In this document: piece by piece, positions 48,939 to 50,941 of the stretch
Layout of the letters: every line of letters begins with the position of its first letter
Numbering within the stretch: position 1 is the stretch's first letter
Source: Sphaeroforma arctica JP610
Lineage: Eukaryota
NCBI RefSeq assembly: GCF_001186125.1
Contig: NW_014040521.1
Span: 34,561-85,501 of the forward strand
Direction of reading: 5' to 3'
DNA length: 50,941 nucleotides
Translations under genes and position numbers: made by a program
The notes under the pieces: model-generated
Seen by the model: only the letters and a program-made list of their open reading frames with translations
What the model was told of the DNA's origin: nothing
Database searches by the model: none

Positions 48939-49316
48939 TTCTGTCTTTTTTTTTGTAGAGAAGAAAGAAGGCTATGCGCCTTCCAATAAAACAAAACGCA
49001 TTCAGAAGCTGAACAACACAAGAGCGGAAAAAGAACTCCAAAAGAATTTTCGGACGCCAGCGGCCAGCCCGTTTACCCCTTGTTTCGCCACACTCTTCTC
49101 TTCTTGTTGGGAGAGGGTCATGAGAATTTCCAACGAGAGCGAGATATAGAAACATTTCGTTTGTTTATATTCAGAAGAAGTATATGTGTTACATGTATAT
49201 ATTACACCGTACGTAATACTAGGAGACTTCAGTATACATACCGAGTCAAATCACATATAAAGGGCTTGAAACGTACAAATAACGGGCTTGTAACATACAG
49301 AAAGAGTTCAACTACA

Positions 49317-50052
49317 ATGGACGGTATTTTGAGTGCGGTAATGCTGGAGAGCTATGGAAGCACATTCCAATGGGTGGCGGGAGTTACTCCGCTGACAGAC
49401 CTGACCTTCATTTTCTGGGTGTGGATTGGATATTGGACCTCTATCTTAGGTAAGCATGAGCCCACTTGTAGTTTGTCCATAGGAGTGCCCGATCTTAGAA
49501 TAGAGTCGACTCATGTTATAGAAATTGTACACTAAACAACTTCGTACACTGCATAACTAATACCTGATCGGGTCATCAAGACAGCAGAACACTACGAGTA
49601 CACACTATAACGTTCTGTCTCATATTGTTAGGTTGTTGTTAACGATTGCAGTGTGTCTGCAATTGAACGCATATTTTTCTGTTAAAAATACCAAAAACAG
49701 TCCCTGTTATGTGAGGGATCTGATTTCGTACATGATGCGATCCCAGCTGGAAATATGCTATCCACGATACATAAATACTAACTGTATTCTACAAATGTTT
49801 ATATCGTAGATATGCTTTCTGAGATTCATATTTAGCAACCAGAAATTTTAAATGCTACTTCATTGACGCAGTCGGTTTGCTGTATCATCTGCAGCTCTTA
49901 CTTACTTAATGAATGGCAAGCAAGGGTTTGCAATGACAACAATCAGTGCGTTGCACAACCTAATATTGTGTGCCTGGTCTGCGCAAATGTTCTTTTGGGT
50001 TGTTGTCGATGTATACCGTATCGTTCGCAAAGGACAAGAAATCAACTTCCAG
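49317..50052 (+). CDS. GNS1/SUR4 (ELO/ELOVL) fatty-acid elongase, 5' part; the gene continues beyond the window
   Basis: Exons 49317-49449 and 49895-50052 join in phase 1: ...FQWVAGVTPLTDLTFIFWVWIGYWTSILALTYLMNGKQGFAMTTISALHNLILCAWSAQMFFWVVVD.... This fits the ELO N-terminal F...G.TPL motif, TM1 and the HNLxL..wS..M motif. The HxxHH box is not within the window. Confidence 0.8.
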
Positions 50053-50349
50053 GTATGCTCAATTTCAGTCTGAGATTGTTTTTCTCACTCTCCCAAATGA
50101 AATCGGTACAATTTTTAGTATACATTACCGTAGATTCTGTGCGCGTATCTATGTCAAAGTCCGTGGATGGTAGATAGTATTCAGTTTTGTGTCATAAAGG
50201 GCTTGGATTTTCCCAAAAGTACCTACGAGAAGAGGATAGTGAATACGCTGTAAAAACATACATATCCACAATTTGTTCCATTCAAGTGTTTATCGAATCA
50301 CGCGAAAGTCTCATACACTTCACAAATAAATCATCCGCCCTTTTACGAA

Positions 50350-50804
50350 TGCATATATATATATACCTATATATCTGTATATCTATAAATCTATAAATAT
50401 AAATCTATAAACCTATAAATCTATAACTCTGTATATCTTTATATTTGTATACCTGTATATCTTTATCTGTATCTGAATTTATATCTATATCTATATCTAT
50501 ATCTATATCTAAATATCGAGATCTAGATCTATATCTATTTTTATATCAATACTATATCTGTCTTTATCTTTATATCTCTATATCTCTATCTATCTATATA
50601 TCTATATATTTATATATCTAGCTCTGTATATCTATATATCTATATCTATATCAATACTATCTCTGCCTCTATCTTTTCGTCTCTATTTCTCTATCTATAT
50701 ATATATCTATATATCTATATATCTAGCTCATTGTATCTATTTATCTATGTCTATACATATTGATATATATTGATATATATCTACACATATCTGTACATAT
50801 CTAT

Positions 50805-50862
<58 letters not shown>

Positions 50863-50941
50863 TAAATAGATATATATTTGCATTAATACACAAGTTCATG
50901 CATATACATGCATAGACATACATTTACATGCATATACATAC
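50350..50941. repeat. Intronic (ATCTAT)n/(ATCT)n/(TA)n degenerate microsatellite
   Basis: Directly visible. Confidence 0.95.

Overview
Eukaryotic draft-assembly window with four N-gaps and intron-rich genes (GT..AG, mostly GTATGT/GTAAGT donors). Several introns are packed with (TA)n/(CA)n microsatellites. The style suggests a unicellular opisthokont, possibly an ichthyosporean such as Sphaeroforma, but this is an unverified guess. Spliced models were built by hand with phases checked. They are: a 662-aa protein with one fimbrin-type actin-binding domain plus a coiled-coil tail (+, 4802-9611); MRE11 (-, 11056-20954); a disrupted ankyrin-repeat gene (+, ~23331-25330); a MacroD-type macrodomain gene (-, 26703-28161) head-to-head with a 90-aa basic orphan (+, 28454-29414); GLRX3/PICOT (-, 30124-34629) head-to-head with PPAN/SSF1 (+, 35148-39470); TIPIN/Csm3/Swi3 with a long acidic tail (-, 42264-46853); and the 5' part of an ELO fatty-acid elongase (+, from 49317). 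The first ~3.9 kb looks like a decayed, unidentified mobile element. The most unusual items are the half-fimbrin/coiled-coil/basic-tail architecture, that element, and a decaying coding-like extension beyond the TIPIN stop. I found no prokaryotic-type system, CRISPR array, tRNA or rRNA.
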